Counted from the first letter of the stretch, positions 1 through 24,165 are shown. The stretch is 64,000 nt of DNA from the human T2T-CHM13v2.0 reference genome, Homo sapiens (GCF_009914755.1 NC_060935.1), one strand, 5' to 3'. Numbers and translations are program-made. The notes: generated by a model not told the origin, from the sequence alone.

Positions 1-142
1 TACCAAAAGGCTAAATTTTATATTTTTGGTAGAGAAGGGGTTTCACCATGTTGGCCAAGCTGGTCTTGAACTGATGTCAGGTGATCTGCCCGCCTCAGCC
101 TCCCAAAGTGCTGGGATTACAGGTGTGAGCCACTGCACCTAG

Positions 143-373
<231 letters not shown>

Positions 374-457
374 TAATATATTCAGAGATATACGCAAACA
401 TTACCAGTCAATTTTAGAACATTTCATGACCTCAAAAAGAAACCTCATACCCTTTAG

Positions 458-1400
<943 letters not shown>

Positions 1401-1958
1401 TAGGCCCAACATGGGCTCTTTTAATCTACGGAAATTGAACTATGGGTACTTAGCAAGAACAAAGAGGGAGAGAGGCAGAAATGGTGCCATGAGGGCACAT
1501 TGATTGGTCTCTAGTACACAGGGCTCCTACCACAAATGGTCTCTAAATGACTTCATCAGTTGCTCATAAAAAAAATCACCCTCTGCTCCAATCGTGGAGG
1601 AAGAAGTATGGATTGGACCTGGTGAGCCACGGTAAGACTGACTGTTAAACTTTATGAATGATGAGGGGATTTGCATGTATAATCTTGACTGTACTAGATT
1701 TTTTATTTTATCCACTGTCTTTGAAAACCTAACTCTTGACTAAGAACTGACTTTCCTGTACTTGTTTTTGACTCTAAGTAAATTTCCAATTCCAATAGTC
1801 CAAAGATGATGTGTTGAGAAATCTCTCAAAGGAAAAATGCTAAGAATACAGGCAGAGTTATGCGGCAAATTTTGCAGAATTAACACACATTGTACTTGTA
1901 GGTACGAAGCACAAAACATTTTCATGAGTAAAGAAAAAAGTGCTCTTCATTCTAGTAG

Positions 1959-3614
<1,656 letters not shown>

Positions 3615-3747
3615 TTACCAACACCCAATTCAAGAAACAGAACATTACAGCCCCTTCCAGGATATTCCTGGGGTCTATTCCATTTCTACTAACCCCTGAC
3701 TACAAACAGCCTCCACTTATTTCACCTGACATTGTACTTTATGAAAG

Positions 3748-3950
3748 CAGCAGTTCTCAGATGGGGCTATTTTGCCCCCTGGGGACATTAGGCAATATCT
3801 GGAGACACTGGGGGTTGTCTGTACTTGGGGGGAGTTGTGTTACTGCATCCAGTGAGTCCAGGGATCCAGGGATCCTAAAATGCACAGGGAACCCCCACAC
3901 ATACAACAGAGAAATTGCTGAGCCGAAATGTCAGCAGCGTCACAGCTGAC
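3748..3950. mobile_element. MER20-like hAT-Charlie MITE
   Basis: 'cagcagttctca...ttttgccccctggggacattaggcaatatctggagaca' resembles the MER20 consensus. Confidence 0.7.
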
Positions 3951-5104
3951 ACCCTGACATACACAGAATCACACAGTATCTGCTCTTTCGTGCTCAGGAT
4001 CTCTGTCATTCTAATCATTTCATAGGAAACAGAAGTGTCATTTGGAGGTAGGTAGAGTCCAAAACAAAGAAGATCCAGAGTTTTGTTTTTAATCAGCCTG
4101 GTGCCTTTAGAGCTAGGATTTAGTTTCCATTCTTTCTGTCTCATTTTCAAGTGATTTTTCTTCAACTGGCATCTGCTGGGCTCAAGACCCGGAGATCCCC
4201 ACAAAGCTGAGATTCACATGGGAATTTTGTACACACCCACACAGGTATACACTGCCGTTTACATGCAGACATCCACCCACAGATACCCACATCCGGAGAC
4301 CAAGACAGAAAGCAAACTCCACCATAAAAGCACGGTTCCCCGAACAGGAGAAACGCACCATTCACTCAAGGGAGGTACCTATTTGTTTAATTCAGCCTCT
4401 GATAGGCTGTTGCCAAGCCCAGCTTTGAAAGTCTTCCCCTCTAGGAAAGAGAGATGGATTTTTTCTTTACTCAAGAATATAGATCTAAAAAAAACAAACA
4501 CTTCTGCATCTCAAAGCAGGCTCTACTTCCTGAGCTACACATATTGATCAGCATTTTATTGTCAGTTTTCTTTTATTTGAACTGGAGAAAAATATAACCT
4601 AATTGTGTTCTTACTGACAGTTTGGAATCAGTCACACTAAATCCAATTCTCTGGGTTCTCATGATTAAGGTGTTTAATTTGGGGGACAACAAAGCAAAAG
4701 CATTGGTCGTGTTTTAATATAATTAGTACAGGATATATCTAAGGGGTTCAAGTATCACTGTAGCAAGAAGCTCATTCTGCAGTAAAAGGGGGATTCTGCC
4801 ACTATGATTGAGTGAGGGTGATTCATGGCTGCATCATTTCATCAATGTCTCTTCAAGAGTCCATGGAATGTGGAATGGGAAAGACTGAAATAGTCCAAGT
4901 CTTGGCTAAGCTTCTATTAAGGGGTGTTAGGAGCTGATAAAATAACCTGATCTTTATAGACATCCCACACTGTTGTTCTGTAAGCTACAGATTCTCAGAT
5001 TTTTCTATTTTATAAACCAGTAAAAATATTTTATTAATTGGAGAACCAACATAAGGTTGCTACTTTTTTTTTCTTTTTGGTAAGAAGGAACTTTTTTAAA
5101 CTAC

Positions 5105-5110
<6 letters not shown>

Positions 5111-5158
<48 letters not shown>
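5111..5158. repeat. (CA)n microsatellite
   Basis: About 24 perfect CA units. Confidence 0.98.
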
Positions 5159-5162
<4 letters not shown>

Positions 5163-6829
5163 TTCAACCATGATTGGTCAGAATAGGTGAGGTTTTGCTG
5201 CAATAACAAACAACTCCTAAATCTTGGTAACTTCAAACATCAGTAGTTGTTTTTCTCACTCATGCTACATCTGCAGGGAGGTGTGGGTTGCTCTGTTTTC
5301 CATCAAACTTGCCCTAAGACTAAGGCTAATGGGGGCCGCATTACCTCGAGTATCACCAAGCAAGGAACAGCAGGAGAAGAATGCTAGAGATCCTTGTACT
5401 AAGAATTAAACGCTCCAGGCTAGAAGTCTCACACTGCACCTCTGCCCCCAGCCTTTTGGCCAGTACTAGACACATCCCCTCCCCCACCACAGGGCAATGC
5501 ATGAAGACAGGAGAACTGGATACATTACAAATTTCTACCCTATGGCATTTCATAAAAGAGAAAAAAATGCAAATACAAAAATGTTTTAATAGAATAGAAT
5601 ATATACATTTTTAGAATAAAGAACAATCCTCCAAAAAGGACAGCTGGTGGTCTTTCACCAATGGGCACATTTCTGTGACATTTTCTCTGTTTTTCCATTT
5701 TATCCTTGACCTATGAACATTTTATACAGATGGTCCAAAGAACACCATTTGGGGACCACTGCTCTAATCAGGTGATGAAAACGGCCCCAAGAACAGAGCA
5801 CAGTCTCTTTAGCAAAGACCCAGCAGGGCCAGGGTGACCATACTCTCACCATCAATGTGCAGACATCCACCTGCAGCATCCTCACATCCCAACATCAAAC
5901 AGTGGCTCTTTATAGCTTGATTCTAATGCCCTTTGATCTTCATAATCATTGTAAAGCTCTCTGGCCCCAAGATCTAACATCGCCACTCTAGCTACATCCT
6001 GCAACTGTTCACCTCTCCTGCCTCCTCATCCCTCTAAACTTCTCTTCACAACCTCCTGTTTCCTTCTTGCTTTACCTTCCTGCTCAGCCTGGACCTTACA
6101 GTCACCTTCTTCTTGTAATGTGCTCCTAAACTCGTTCTTCCCTGCCTCCAACCACACCCACCTGGAAAATCTCCATACCCCATTGATGACTTGCCTCGCA
6201 ATTGCCCAAGGGCTGCTGAATGATACTGGAAAGAATCACATCATGGATCTGGTAGTTCCACTAAATAATCTCACCATCCAACTCTAGGGTAGACTTCACT
6301 TCTGTTCAGCAATATTTTTAAGCATCACAAATAAATTCCAAACCATATTTGCTATAACAATTAACTTTAAACCTCTTCCATATCCCAAAGCCCCCCAAAC
6401 CCATCCCTAGGGGTTTCAGAGCCCAGAGTTGAGTTCTCTCAACTCACTTCTATTTCACCCCTAGATCACTGTACCTTGACCCTCTTCCTCTGCCTTTCCC
6501 ATCTTATAAGGAGAAGCATCCTTCTCCTTTCCAAAGCTGCCTTCTCCACTTGTGCCTCATTTGAGACCTCCCTTTATCACCCCTTCCCTTGGAACTCCCA
6601 TGACTCACCACCTTCACTTGTCATTTCACTCATAAATATTTTGCACCATGTATGTGCCAGGCGTTTAACATATAATCATGCTTAAGTCTCCACATGCTAA
6701 CAAGAAAAACCTTGATTATCCCTGCTATGCCCTCAAGTCATTACCCTCCCCGCTCCTTTCCTGTGTTCCCAAACTTTGCTGATCTTCATCAATCCCTCTG
6801 ATGCAGAGGGCTCCGAAGTTTGCATCCTA

Positions 6830-6909
6830 TTAGGTTGGTGCAAAAGTAATTGCGGATTTTGCCATTGAAAGTAATGGCAAAAACAGCAATTATTTTTGTA
6901 CCGGCCTAG
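6830..6909. mobile_element. MADE1 (Hsmar1-derived 80-bp MITE)
   Basis: 'ttaggttggtgcaaaagtaattgcg...gcaattatttttgtaccggcctag', 80 bp, terminal inverted repeats, flanked by TA on both sides. Confidence 0.92.
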
Positions 6910-7488
6910 TATCTTTTCTCCTTCTACCAAACTTTGTCCCTGAGCCATCTCATCACCTATAACTACCTCCTCCATGCAGTTGATTCCCAGGTCTGTATTA
7001 TTCTACTGAAAGTCCATTCCCCAACTTTCTCGGCTACAATAACAGAAGCCCAATTAGAATTCATGCTACCAGTTTCCCACCACGACCACCACCACCACCG
7101 TCGCCCTGCCATTGTTAGCAAAACCATCTCTTGAGTGGAGCTCAAAGATTTGTACTCTCCCACTCCCCAGAAAGATAACTTCAGACTCAGCCTAGAAGTA
7201 AAGATCCTCCAGATACGGCCTCAACTACCCTCCAACCCATGTCCCCAGTGCATCCCTTTGATGCCCCCTTCAGTGGAGTTAAAATGGAGTGAGTGTTTTT
7301 CTTTTTACATACTCTTGGTGTTCTTCCACAAATACAATTTTCACCTCTTGAATATTTTCAAGGATTCTCCATGCTACACACAGTGAAATCCAAACTCCCC
7401 ATCAGGACCCCAGTCTTCCCAAACCCTCTTTGCATTTTTCTGCCTCCATGCTTTCCCTTGGGTCATCCTCTTCTCTAATACAACCTTG

Positions 7489-7948
7489 TGTATTATTCTA
7501 GGTTATCCAGAGAAAGAGCAGAGAGATAGAGGTAGAGCTATACACATAGACAGAGACAGATTGATTAGTTGTAAGGGATGGCTCACATGGTTATGGAGGC
7601 TAAGGAGTCCTGGAGTCTGCAGCCAGCAAGCTGGGGACCCAGGACAGCCAATGATATAGTTCCAACTCAAGTCCACATCTAAAGTCAGGACAAGATTGAT
7701 GTCCCAGCTCAAATATAATCAGGTAAAAAGAGCAAATTCTCTGTGTCTCTACCTTTTTGTTTTGTTCAGGCCTTCAGTGGATTGGATGAGGCTCACCCAC
7801 ATTGGGGAGGACAATCTGCTTTATTGAGTCTACCAATTAAATGTTATCCTCATCCAGAATACCTCAGAGACACACCCAGAATAATGTGTAGCCAAATATC
7901 TGGGCACCCCACAACCCAGTCAAATTCATACATAACACTAACCATCAT
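7489..7948. mobile_element. MLT2-family (ERVL) solo LTR
   Basis: 'tgtattattctaggttatccagaga...ggctcacatggttatggaggct...ttcaggccttcagtggattggatgaggctcacccacattgggg...aaccatca'. Confidence 0.75.
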
Positions 7949-8316
7949 GTCTTGCTTCTACTCTCTCGCCATTACTGCATGGCCAAATCCTTCCCTTATT
8001 TCAAGGCTTAGTTCAAATGTTACCTCTTAACTAAGCCTTCCCTGCTAACCCCAAATATTAATAGAATTGGTTTCTCCCTTCTCTGATGTCTCAAAATACG
8101 TTGCGTGTTTCTCTTTTACTGTATTTATTACAAACTCCCTTATAAATCAAGACAGTGATTCCCAGACAAATTATCAAAAGAGTATAAAAGAAGTCTTCTT
8201 TGAGTGTGAAATATCTCATGGAATATAGCACATGGCCTCTTCATGAAGAAACTACTGGGAGAGAAGAAGACAAGCTGGAAGAGGCCAGGGAAAGGGGGTT
8301 AGTACAAAGCACAATG

Positions 8317-8647
<331 letters not shown>

Positions 8648-9118
8648 CTATAATTTCTAAGGGAAATAGAGTATAATCCAAGAATTTTATAGCCAGCTAA
8701 ATTATTTCCCAATCAAAATAGGCAAAAGACACTATCGCGTGTTCAAGAACTTAAAGAATACAGTATTTCTGAGCTCTTTAAAAAAAAAAGTCTTCATAAT
8801 AAAATTTAGTCAGCCAAGAAATTAAAAAATAAGCAACTTGTGAATTGAATGACCATGACAAAAGGCTAGTGATGAGAGGTGAATCCATTTAAAAATAGGA
8901 CTATGATTGCAGAACAGAAAGAAAAGGTGGTCAACCTTAACAACATAAAACAACCTAGAAATAACTAGTTTCCAGAGGTAAAGGGAGTGACTGTAGGAAG
9001 CAGAAGTGCTAATGCCCTTTATTAAATCAATTAATCAGGTCTAAAATTGAAACGTGGTTTTAAATATATAACTTCTTGTTTATTTTCCTCCCTAACTACC
9101 TGAGGATCAACCACCATG

Positions 9119-9486
9119 ATGAATGACACAGTAACTATCTGGACCAGGAAGTTCATGACCAATCGACCACTCCAGAGGAAACACATGGTCACCAATGTCC
9201 TTCACCCCGGAAAGGCAACAAAATGTACAAGACCACAATGGATGTCATCTTCATATTAATAGTTGGACTCAGAACCCATTCTGGTGGTGGTTAAACAATG
9301 GGCTTTGGCATGCTATCTGGTTCTTTGAATTATGCAAAGAACAATGAAATCAAACATAGACTTGCAAGACACGGCTAGCATGAGAAGAAGATGACCTCAA
9401 GAAAACAGCAAAGGAATGCAAGGGCAGAATGAAGTCAAGAGACTGCAAAGGCCAATGTCAGTGCTGGCAAAAAGCAAAAGGAGTAA
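9119..9486 (+). pseudogene. RPS24P: RPS24 processed pseudogene
   Basis: Intronless; translates [90 protein letters not shown], matching RPS24; ~11-codon deletion (VPKTEIREKLA), stops and frameshifts. Confidence 0.93.
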
Positions 9487-9901
9487 AGATTTTGCAATGA
9501 CTTTATTTTCAGTGACTGTACAATTTTTTCATGAGATGATCAGTCAACTGTAAAGACTTCTACATATATAGAAAACATCTTAATATTTTTCATCATCTTT
9601 GATTTCTTAGATGTTCTAGAAACTGATTTTTAGTGAGGAAAAACTACGCTTATCTGAGTTGACCAGTTCCTTCAGTTTCACTTCTATTTCTTTTTCTTCT
9701 GATGAATTTACATAGCATTCAATTTGCTACTTCTTTTTTTTAAAATCTCATTTTGTGTGATCAGAAGTGTCTGTTCATGTCTCTAGCCATCTTTGTGCAT
9801 AGCAAGGAATGCTGTTCACTTAATATTAGGAGGTTTATTTCTTGGGGTTGTGAGATTTAGGGTGATTTCTCTCCCTTTTTGTACTTTTCTGTATTCATTA
9901 A

Positions 9902-14410
<4,509 letters not shown>

Positions 14411-15328
14411 ACTTTGCCATTTTTTGTTAATAGACAGCTTCGAGGTCCAGTATGAGTTCACAGATTAGGAAACATCACAGGCAAAGAAGAACACTTTGCA
14501 TTCAAATAGCAGAATGTTTTCATTTTCAAAGAGCTCTCACCTGCCATCTAATCTTGTCTTCCTAGCAGTCCTGGGAGAGAAGCAGATGTGGTTTCCAATC
14601 CCACTTTCCAGAAGAGGAGACTGAGGCAGAGGCTTTGCAGATACACAGAGGACATGTGAGGACAGGCGAAGGTCATGATCATTGTCAGCCCCCTTCCCCA
14701 ACTTGACATTCCCAGATCTGGTGGACTTCCAGCCAGAGGAGACAGAAGGATTGGATCACTCAACTCTGCCATGGGTGCCAGGACCAAATTTTTCCCTGGC
14801 TGACTCGGTCACATCCTCTCTGGGATCTCCAACTACTACCGATCCCACAAGTCTTAGCTAAAACAGCAATTTAATAAGGAACTTTTTTTCTGAGGCTCCA
14901 GGATTGGGCCAGGCTCTCTCCATGGCTCTCTGCCCTTTCCCTACTGCAGAACTTAGCACCCGTATGTCACTATTGGTTCAAACATGTGCCTTTCGTATGC
15001 TCTCCACGTTATCTGCAGCATCTGCCAAGAATAATAATGAATGGTAAAACCTAATCTATTGAGTGTCGATGATGCACTTTTAACGTGACATCTTATTTAA
15101 TCCTCACTATATCTGCAAGAGTAGAAGCTATTAATAGCCAATTTTCAGATAAGAAAATCAAAGCACAGTTTCTATAACTTACCCAGGTAGCTAGCTAGGA
15201 GGCAGCTCAGTTGGAGCCCAGGGAATCATATTCTAGAGACCGTGTTCTCAATTACTAGAGCAGGTACCTCCCCAGAATCTAGCAGGTGGTTAACGAGTCT
15301 TTGTGGAATAAATGAACAGAAGGGCAAG

Positions 15329-15744
15329 CAGATGGATGGATACATAGGTGGGTGGGTGGATAGATGGGTGGATGGAAAGATGGGTGGGCAGGCAGGTGGA
15401 TGAATGAATGGATGGTTGAGTCGGTGAAGGGATGGCTGAGTGGGTGGAGAAATGGATGAGTGGGTGAGGGGGTGGCGGGATAAATGGATGGACGGGTGGG
15501 TGGATAGATGGGTAGATGAGTGAATGGGTGGATAGATGCATGGGTGAGTGGATGGATAGATGGGTTGGTGGGTGGGTAGGTGGATGACAGTTGGGTGCAT
15601 AAGAGAGTGGGTTGGATAGATAGATGGGTGGGTGGGTGGATAGATGGGTAGGTGGGTGGATGGATGTATGCATGTCTGGATGGATGGATGGATGGATGGA
15701 TGGAAGGAGGGGTGGACGGATGGATGGACAGATGAACAGATGGA
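15329..15744. repeat. (GGAT/GGGT)n degenerate tetranucleotide tract
   Basis: ~415 bp of tggatggatgggtgg variants. Confidence 0.95.
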
Positions 15745-17599
15745 CTTGAGCATTTATTCGGGGTCCTCCACAGAATTGAGTGATTTCCAAAGGTGTCTCA
15801 TCACCTGCAGGTGGGTGGGCAAAAGGGCTTGCCTCTGTAATACTCATGATTACGGGTAGTGCTCAGCCTTAGTTACCACTCTCAGACCACTTTATTGACT
15901 AGGAAAGTCAAAACTGGCATTGACAACTAATGCAAATTACAGCTATAACTAACAGAAGATGTTGAGTGATGACAGCTGGGCAACCAATAATCAATAACTT
16001 GGCTGTGTCATGTTGCTGTCATGCTGGACAGGTAGAGCCATGGGTTCCCTAATCCCTCCATCACATTGAGGATGCTTATCAAGACTTCCCCAACCATGGG
16101 GACAGGGATCTTATCAAATACTTGCAGTTCACCCCAAAAGGCTCACCCTCTTCGTTCCACCTGCACATGACCTTCAGCTCAAAGACATTTCCAGTCCTGC
16201 AGGTCAGCCCTTCTTCCAGCCTTTGAATTAACCCTGATGACTGCCTGCCCATTAGGTGTCTTCAACTTTCATCACACAGCCTTTTCCAAGGCTTTCCTTC
16301 AGTCCAGCCCTCACTAAACGCTGTAACTGTTGTTGACAAAATCCAGAACAAGCTGGCTGGGGGATACAGGTGGGAAGCAGGCTGTAGTAATGGGGAAAAA
16401 TTCTAAGCAATCTCGAACACAGAAAAGAAACTGAACAGGTAAGAGAGAGGCAGTCAAGAGAAGAAGTGTGAATTTTGCATAACTGAAGCTGAAGAAGAGC
16501 AGGGGGCATGGCAGACCACAAGATAAATATGATATAGACTCCTTTTTAAAAAAGTATAAACACCCACCATTTCCTACTGAGAACTGTGCTTCAAATATTG
16601 CTAAGGTCTTTACTAAAGGCAAGTCAGAAAAACGGGGTATTTTATGCAATACAGTAAGAAGGCCCATAGGCAAGCATGTTCCTGACATCACCTTCTAGGA
16701 TAACCCCTGGGATTCTGGTTACACCTGTCCTAAAGTTGTCTCTCACTCCTGCTGTTGGAGAGCTACCAAGAGAGAAGAACCATAGTGAATTCGTTAAGAG
16801 TGTGCACCCAGCGACCAGCCAGATGGCTTCAAACCATCACTACCTACTACTGAGCAAGTTACATAATGTTCCTGAGCCTCAACTTTCTCATCTGTAAAAT
16901 GGGTATGCCGTCATTCATTCATCAAACTCTAGGTGAGCATATACTAAACACCAGAGACACAAATGAGAATCAGGAACAGGCATGGCCCTGGTCCTCATGG
17001 TGACCAGTCTTGAAGGGGAAGGATGACATGCACAGAAATAGGAATCCATAGCTGAGCTAGTGTCTACCACAGAGAGGCACCTGGTGTCATGAAAGCAGAT
17101 AACAGGGGGTTGCTGTGACTGAGTCAGTGTGGCCAGGCGTCCCTGAGGATGTAGTGACTCCACTGTCAGATGAGACTGTGACCAGGTGAAGAGGCAGGGA
17201 GATGGAAAATCTTTCCAGGCAGAAAGAGCAGGATGTGCAAAGGCCTTGAGGCAGGAAAAGAGCAAAGGAAGTGTAAGAGCCTGAAAGAGGCTAGAGAGAA
17301 CAAGTGAACATGTGGATAATCACAGCACCCACCTCATACAGGACTTGCAAGAAATTGAGACCCTGTCTGTAACAGATTCAGCAATGACTAAATAGAAACT
17401 ATCTCCTAAAAGCACAGGATGAGGCTCCTTGGTGGTATTTCCCATGTAAGGCTGCCATGGACTCAGAGGCCAAGTTCAACCTGCCTGTAGACAACCTCCA
17501 AGCCAGCTGGACACACATACACACTCAGGCTCAGGATACCCAGGACAGAGTCCTGGATGCTTGAAGTCATGATAAGTATCCAGAATGACACAGAATCCC

Positions 17600-17902
<303 letters not shown>

Positions 17903-18609
17903 GAATGACACAGAATTTGCTAAAGGGGGAGAAAGGGCTTTCTTCCAAAGCTGGGCCTGATCTCTACAGAGAGTCTTCCAGATGAAAATTAAGCAGATCT
18001 TTGCAAGCACCTCAGAGGAGAACCCCTAACCCTGATGCATCAGACACACAGGCGGATCCAAGACAACTGGCTGCGTGCATGTGAACAAGCCCATGGTGGA
18101 AATGCAGTGCTTTATTTGTTTGGGGTGGTTTAATCACCAGGAGGGAGAAGCTTCTAAAGCAGCATTCAGAGGTGGCTGTTGCCTGGGTTTTCTGGAAGGG
18201 GGAGGCAGTGAGGATGAGGGCTTCCATTTCATCTGCAGGCCCCTTGCAGAAGGAGCTGAGGAAAGCTTTGCAGCCCTCTGCACACTGTTTGTCATCTTGT
18301 CTGGCTGGGCAGCTGAGCTCCAGATGGGGGCAGATGGGATAGCTCTTGCTACCATATTTGGAGAGAGATGGCAGGGAAGTCAGCCCCCGTGAAGAAGACA
18401 GGAGCAGGCAGGTGCTGGACAGTGCTGCCCAGGCCCCTCGGGCTGAAGTGTCAAACCCCACAGCCTCTAGCTACCACTAAAGCAGCCCAAGAGGATCTTC
18501 TCTGTCCATCTCCATCCTGGCACCTACAGACACTTGGAGAGAGTCCTTCACATGGGAACTCACAAATGCACACTGATAACCCCCACACGGAACTCTCACA
18601 CGTAGCAAG

Positions 18610-18785
18610 TGAAAAGACAGGATGCCAGTTTAACTTGAATTTCAGATAAACAACAAATCATTTTTTAGGGTAAGCAGGTCCCAAATATTGCATGGGATAT
18701 ATTTGCACCAAAAAAAAAAAAAGGGTTAATGAGAAACTCAGGTTTAGTTGGACCTCCTGTATTTTACCTGGCAAGCCTAACCCTG
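18610..18785. mobile_element. MER53-like hAT MITE
   Basis: 'acaggatgccagtttaacttgaatttcag' ... 'ctcaggtttagttggacctcctgtattttacctggcaagccta' imperfect inverted ends. Confidence 0.6.
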
Positions 18786-20157
18786 CATAAACACAACCTC
18801 GAGCTTGAAACTCAGAGAAGCCACGGCCGTGCTCACACACATGCACAAACCCATATGCCTTACAGAGTCAAGGGCTGTGATGAGGGGGTCCCCACCCTTG
18901 CACACTTCCCTGTCCTCTGTCTGGGCTCAGAGTGAACAGGAGGTCACGTGGCATCCACGTCTAAGCTGGGCTTGGAGGTGTCCTAATGAAGCAGGATGCT
19001 GACCTGCACTTCCCCAGCTCAGCGGGGGCTGCAGCCAGGCCTAGCTTCCAGTCTCGGGCCTAGAACACACAGCACAGCCCCAGACCTTGGCAAGAAGGCT
19101 TCATCTCAAGGACCACTGGTCCAGGACCTATTAGAAGCCCCACTTCTTCCCTCTGTTTCTGCTGCCATTGCCCCAGTCTCTGACCCTGCCACTCAATCAC
19201 TCTATGAACACAGCAGGTACTAGGGGTGGCTCTGGGCTTGGCACTAAAGACATCGCCCCTGGTAAAGCCACACTCTAGCAATGACAGTCAACCACGTATC
19301 AGCAACAGCCCTGCTCCACACGTGCTGACTGCGCACAAGGCCGGCGCTGTGAACGTGCTCTCAACAGTGATCTCACTGAACCCTCATGGCAGCTCTAGGA
19401 TGCAGACAGTAGCATCACATTATCCCCATTTTACTTATGAGAAAACTGAGGGCTGAAGAAGGCAAATACGGGCCTCGGGATTTGCAGTAACATTGCCAGG
19501 AATGTTTGAGAAAGCAAACTTCTCCAGAGTGAAGCAGTCTGCCAAAGCTTAGAGGCCAGATTCCCTATTAGCAGGGACTGGGGGGACTGGGGGCAGACAA
19601 GCGGGTAGGGGCTGGACCCCCTCAGGACACCAGGGTGCAGACTGGTGTGAGTAAAAGAAAGAGAGGTGGTCGTGCCATCATCTGCAGAAGATGATGTCTA
19701 CAGAGGACAGTACCATGTGAGCCCTTGGGGAGCCGGATGACTGGATGGATTTTGCACAGGATGCAAATTAAGCACAGATCCCCCTCTGACCTAGACAGCC
19801 CACCTCCAGGAACATCTCACAGAAATGCAGGCACAGAGCACCAAGTGATGTGTGCGAGGAAATTCATCAGAACACCGTCTGTGATTGGGAAAAGGCGGAA
19901 ACCATCCACAGACGTATCGGTGCAGGGCTGGTTAAACGAAGCGTGGTGCATCCACACGTCAGAATAACTGCTGGGAGAAGAAGGTGGTTCCCAGGTTCCA
20001 ACGTGAGACAATGTCAAAGACACGCTGCCTGAAAAGCAGGCTTTCCAAAGAATAAATAGAGCATTATTCCATTTTTATTTTTTTAAAAAGTTTACAATAA
20101 ACACTTATGTGCAAATACATGTGCTTGCGTGCACAGAGGGAAAAGGTATGGACAGGA

Positions 20158-20445
20158 ACAGAAAACCAAACTCTGCGTGTTCTCCCTCATAAGTGGGAGT
20201 TGAACAATGAGAACACGTGGACACAGGGAGGGGAATATCACACACCAGGGCCCATCGGGGGTGGGGGACAAGGGGAGGGAGAGCATTAGGACAAATACCT
20301 AATGCATGCGGGGCTTAAAACCTAGATGATGGGTTGATAGGTGCACTAAACCACCATGGCACATGTACACCTGTGTAACAAACCTGCACGTTCAGCACAT
20401 GTATCTCAGAATGTAGAATAAAAAATAAAAAGAAATCAAAGAAAA
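20158..20445 (+). mobile_element. 5'-truncated L1PA 3' end
   Basis: 'gtgggagttgaacaatgagaacac...ggggagggagagcattaggacaaatacctaatgcatgcggggcttaaaacctagatga' followed by an A-rich tail. Confidence 0.9.
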
Positions 20446-20559
20446 AGGTGTGGAGACGTATACCCCAACCCTTCCCAGTGTTACCTCTGAGAAGCAAGGT
20501 CAAGAAAATCAAATCAAGAGGAAGTTTTATGTTTTGTTTTCTATATAAATTTTTTATTT

Positions 20560-22060
<1,501 letters not shown>

Positions 22061-22721
22061 TAAGCTAAGCTAAGGCAGGAGCCCTGTGCTGGGCTGTGGG
22101 TAACCTGTCCCCTTCCAGCTGGGGCTGAATAGAAGGGGGAAAGGCTGCCCCCAGAATACAGGGCTCTCAGAGGCCCTGGGGATCTGTGCTGGCAGTCAGG
22201 AGGACTGCCACCTCAGCGCACTTGCCTGCAAGGAGGGCTGTGCAGGACGCTGCATGTTGCTTAGAGAACAAAAAAAGGAAATTAAATGCACCATCTGGTT
22301 ATTAGGATGAGCTTTTGAGGCAAACACTGAAATATGCATGCCTAGACATTATAAAACTTGGGGGAAATGTTAATTTCAATAACGCCAGTTCTTGTACTCG
22401 CAAAAACTATTCTTTTATCTCTCTTCCTAGTCATTTGTGGGCTCCATCCCTCAGAGTGTCAGCACCAAGACAGCTGGCCTCACTGGGTTTTGTACGCTGT
22501 GCAAGGTGAGATCCCAAGCCCTTGCCTGGAGACCCTTCTTAGGAAAATGTTAGAACAGGGCAACAAGTTATCATTTCCTCCCTCCTTTCTCTTCCCCATA
22601 CAAAAATCAGAAAGCACACTAGCCCAGATCTGTGTACATTTCAAGGGTGGCTGGACTCATGGCCGCCTGGGACGTCAGGGTGGTACAAAGTCCTCTTAAC
22701 CTAAGACTGTCGGGGTACAAG

Positions 22722-22940
22722 GATCAGCATTTTTTTTTCCTTTTTCTTGAGGGCCAGATGGTAAATAGCTCAGCTTTGCAGGCCATAGGTCTCTGTCCCA
22801 ACTATTCAACTCTCCATTGTAGCAGGAAAGCAGCCACAAGACAATATGCACTGAAATGGGTGTGGCTGTGTTCCAATAAAACTTTATTTGTATGAAAAGG
22901 CAAGGGGCTGGTTCTGGCCTGTGGGCTACAGCCTGCCTCC
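22722..22940. mobile_element. MER58A-like hAT MITE
   Basis: 'agggccagatggtaaata...tttgcaggccata...gtgtggctgtgttccaataaaactttattt'. Confidence 0.75.
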
Positions 22941-23344
22941 TCTGCTACAGCGTGATCTCCAAGGACCCATCCATCTCATAGACCAGCAGCTGCCACACAG
23001 GAGCTGCTCAGATACTTGAAGGAGGAATGGAGAAGGCAAGCAGCCCCCAGTGTGCAGACGTGAGGGTCTCCCAGCAGCACCATCCTTTGCCATCTCATGC
23101 CGAGGGACAAAGCCAGAGCAGGGCTCTCCACCAAGGCTCGGTTCTCCTCCAACGAAATGTGATAACAGGACAGAAAGCACTGTGGAAGGATAGGGGCTTT
23201 GGAGTCCCACAAACCACAGTTTGCAAGACCAGGAGCAACCTGCACTTCCTTGCACACACCCTGGGTGGGTGCTGGAGCATCTAGACTTAGAGTGAATCTT
23301 TTCTCCCTCCTCCCCCAACTGGCCTCCATTACACTTCCAGCAAC

Positions 23345-24165
23345 ATTGTGGTGTATGTACACGATGGAATACTATTCAGCCTTCAAAAAGAAGGAAATGC
23401 TGCCATTTGAGACAACATGGATGAGCCTGGAGGATATTATCTTAAGTGAAATAAGCCAAGCACAGAACGACAAATACCACATGATCTCACTTATATGTGG
23501 AATCTAAAAAAGTTAAACTCGGCCAGGCATGGTGGCTCATGCCTGTAATCCCAGCATTTTGGGAGGCTGAGGCTGGCAGATTGCTTGAGCCCAGGAGTTC
23601 GAGACCAGCCTGCATAACATAGAAAGACCCCAACTCTACAAAAAAATACAAAAATTACTGGAGCGTGGTGGTGCATGCCTGTACTCCCAGATACTCAGGA
23701 GGCCGAGTTGGGAGGATTGACTGAGCTTGGGAGGTCAAGGCTGCGGTAAGCCAAGATCACAACCCTGCACTACAGCCTGGGCAATAGAATGAGATTGTCT
23801 CAAGAAAAAAAAAGAAAGAAAAAGAAAAGAAAAAAGTTGAATTCACAGAAGCAGAGTAGAATGATGGTTGCCAGGGTGGGGAAGTAGGCAGATGCCAAAG
23901 GACACAGAATGTCATTTTTAGAGAAGAAGAATAAGTTCAGGATATCCATGGGACAACATGGTACCTATAGTTAAAAACAACATATCATACACTTGGAAAT
24001 CACTAAGAGAGTAGATTTTTAAGTGTGCTCACCACAAAAAAAAATAAGTCTGGGAGGTGGTATGTTATTTAGCTTGATTTAGCCATTTCGTAATGTATAC
24101 ATACTTCAATCACATCATGTTGTATACCCTCTTGTACATAATTTTTGTCAATTCAATAAATTCAA
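23345..24165 (+). mobile_element. L1M 3'UTR interrupted by an Alu (23521-23835)
   Basis: 'atggaatactattcagcc...acaacatggatgagcctggagga...aagtgaaataagccaagcacagaacgacaaatacc'. Confidence 0.85.

Noticed and set aside
15226-15859. His/Pro/Ser-rich and Trp/Met/Asp/Gly-rich ORFs
   Set aside because: Translations of the (GGAT)n simple repeat.
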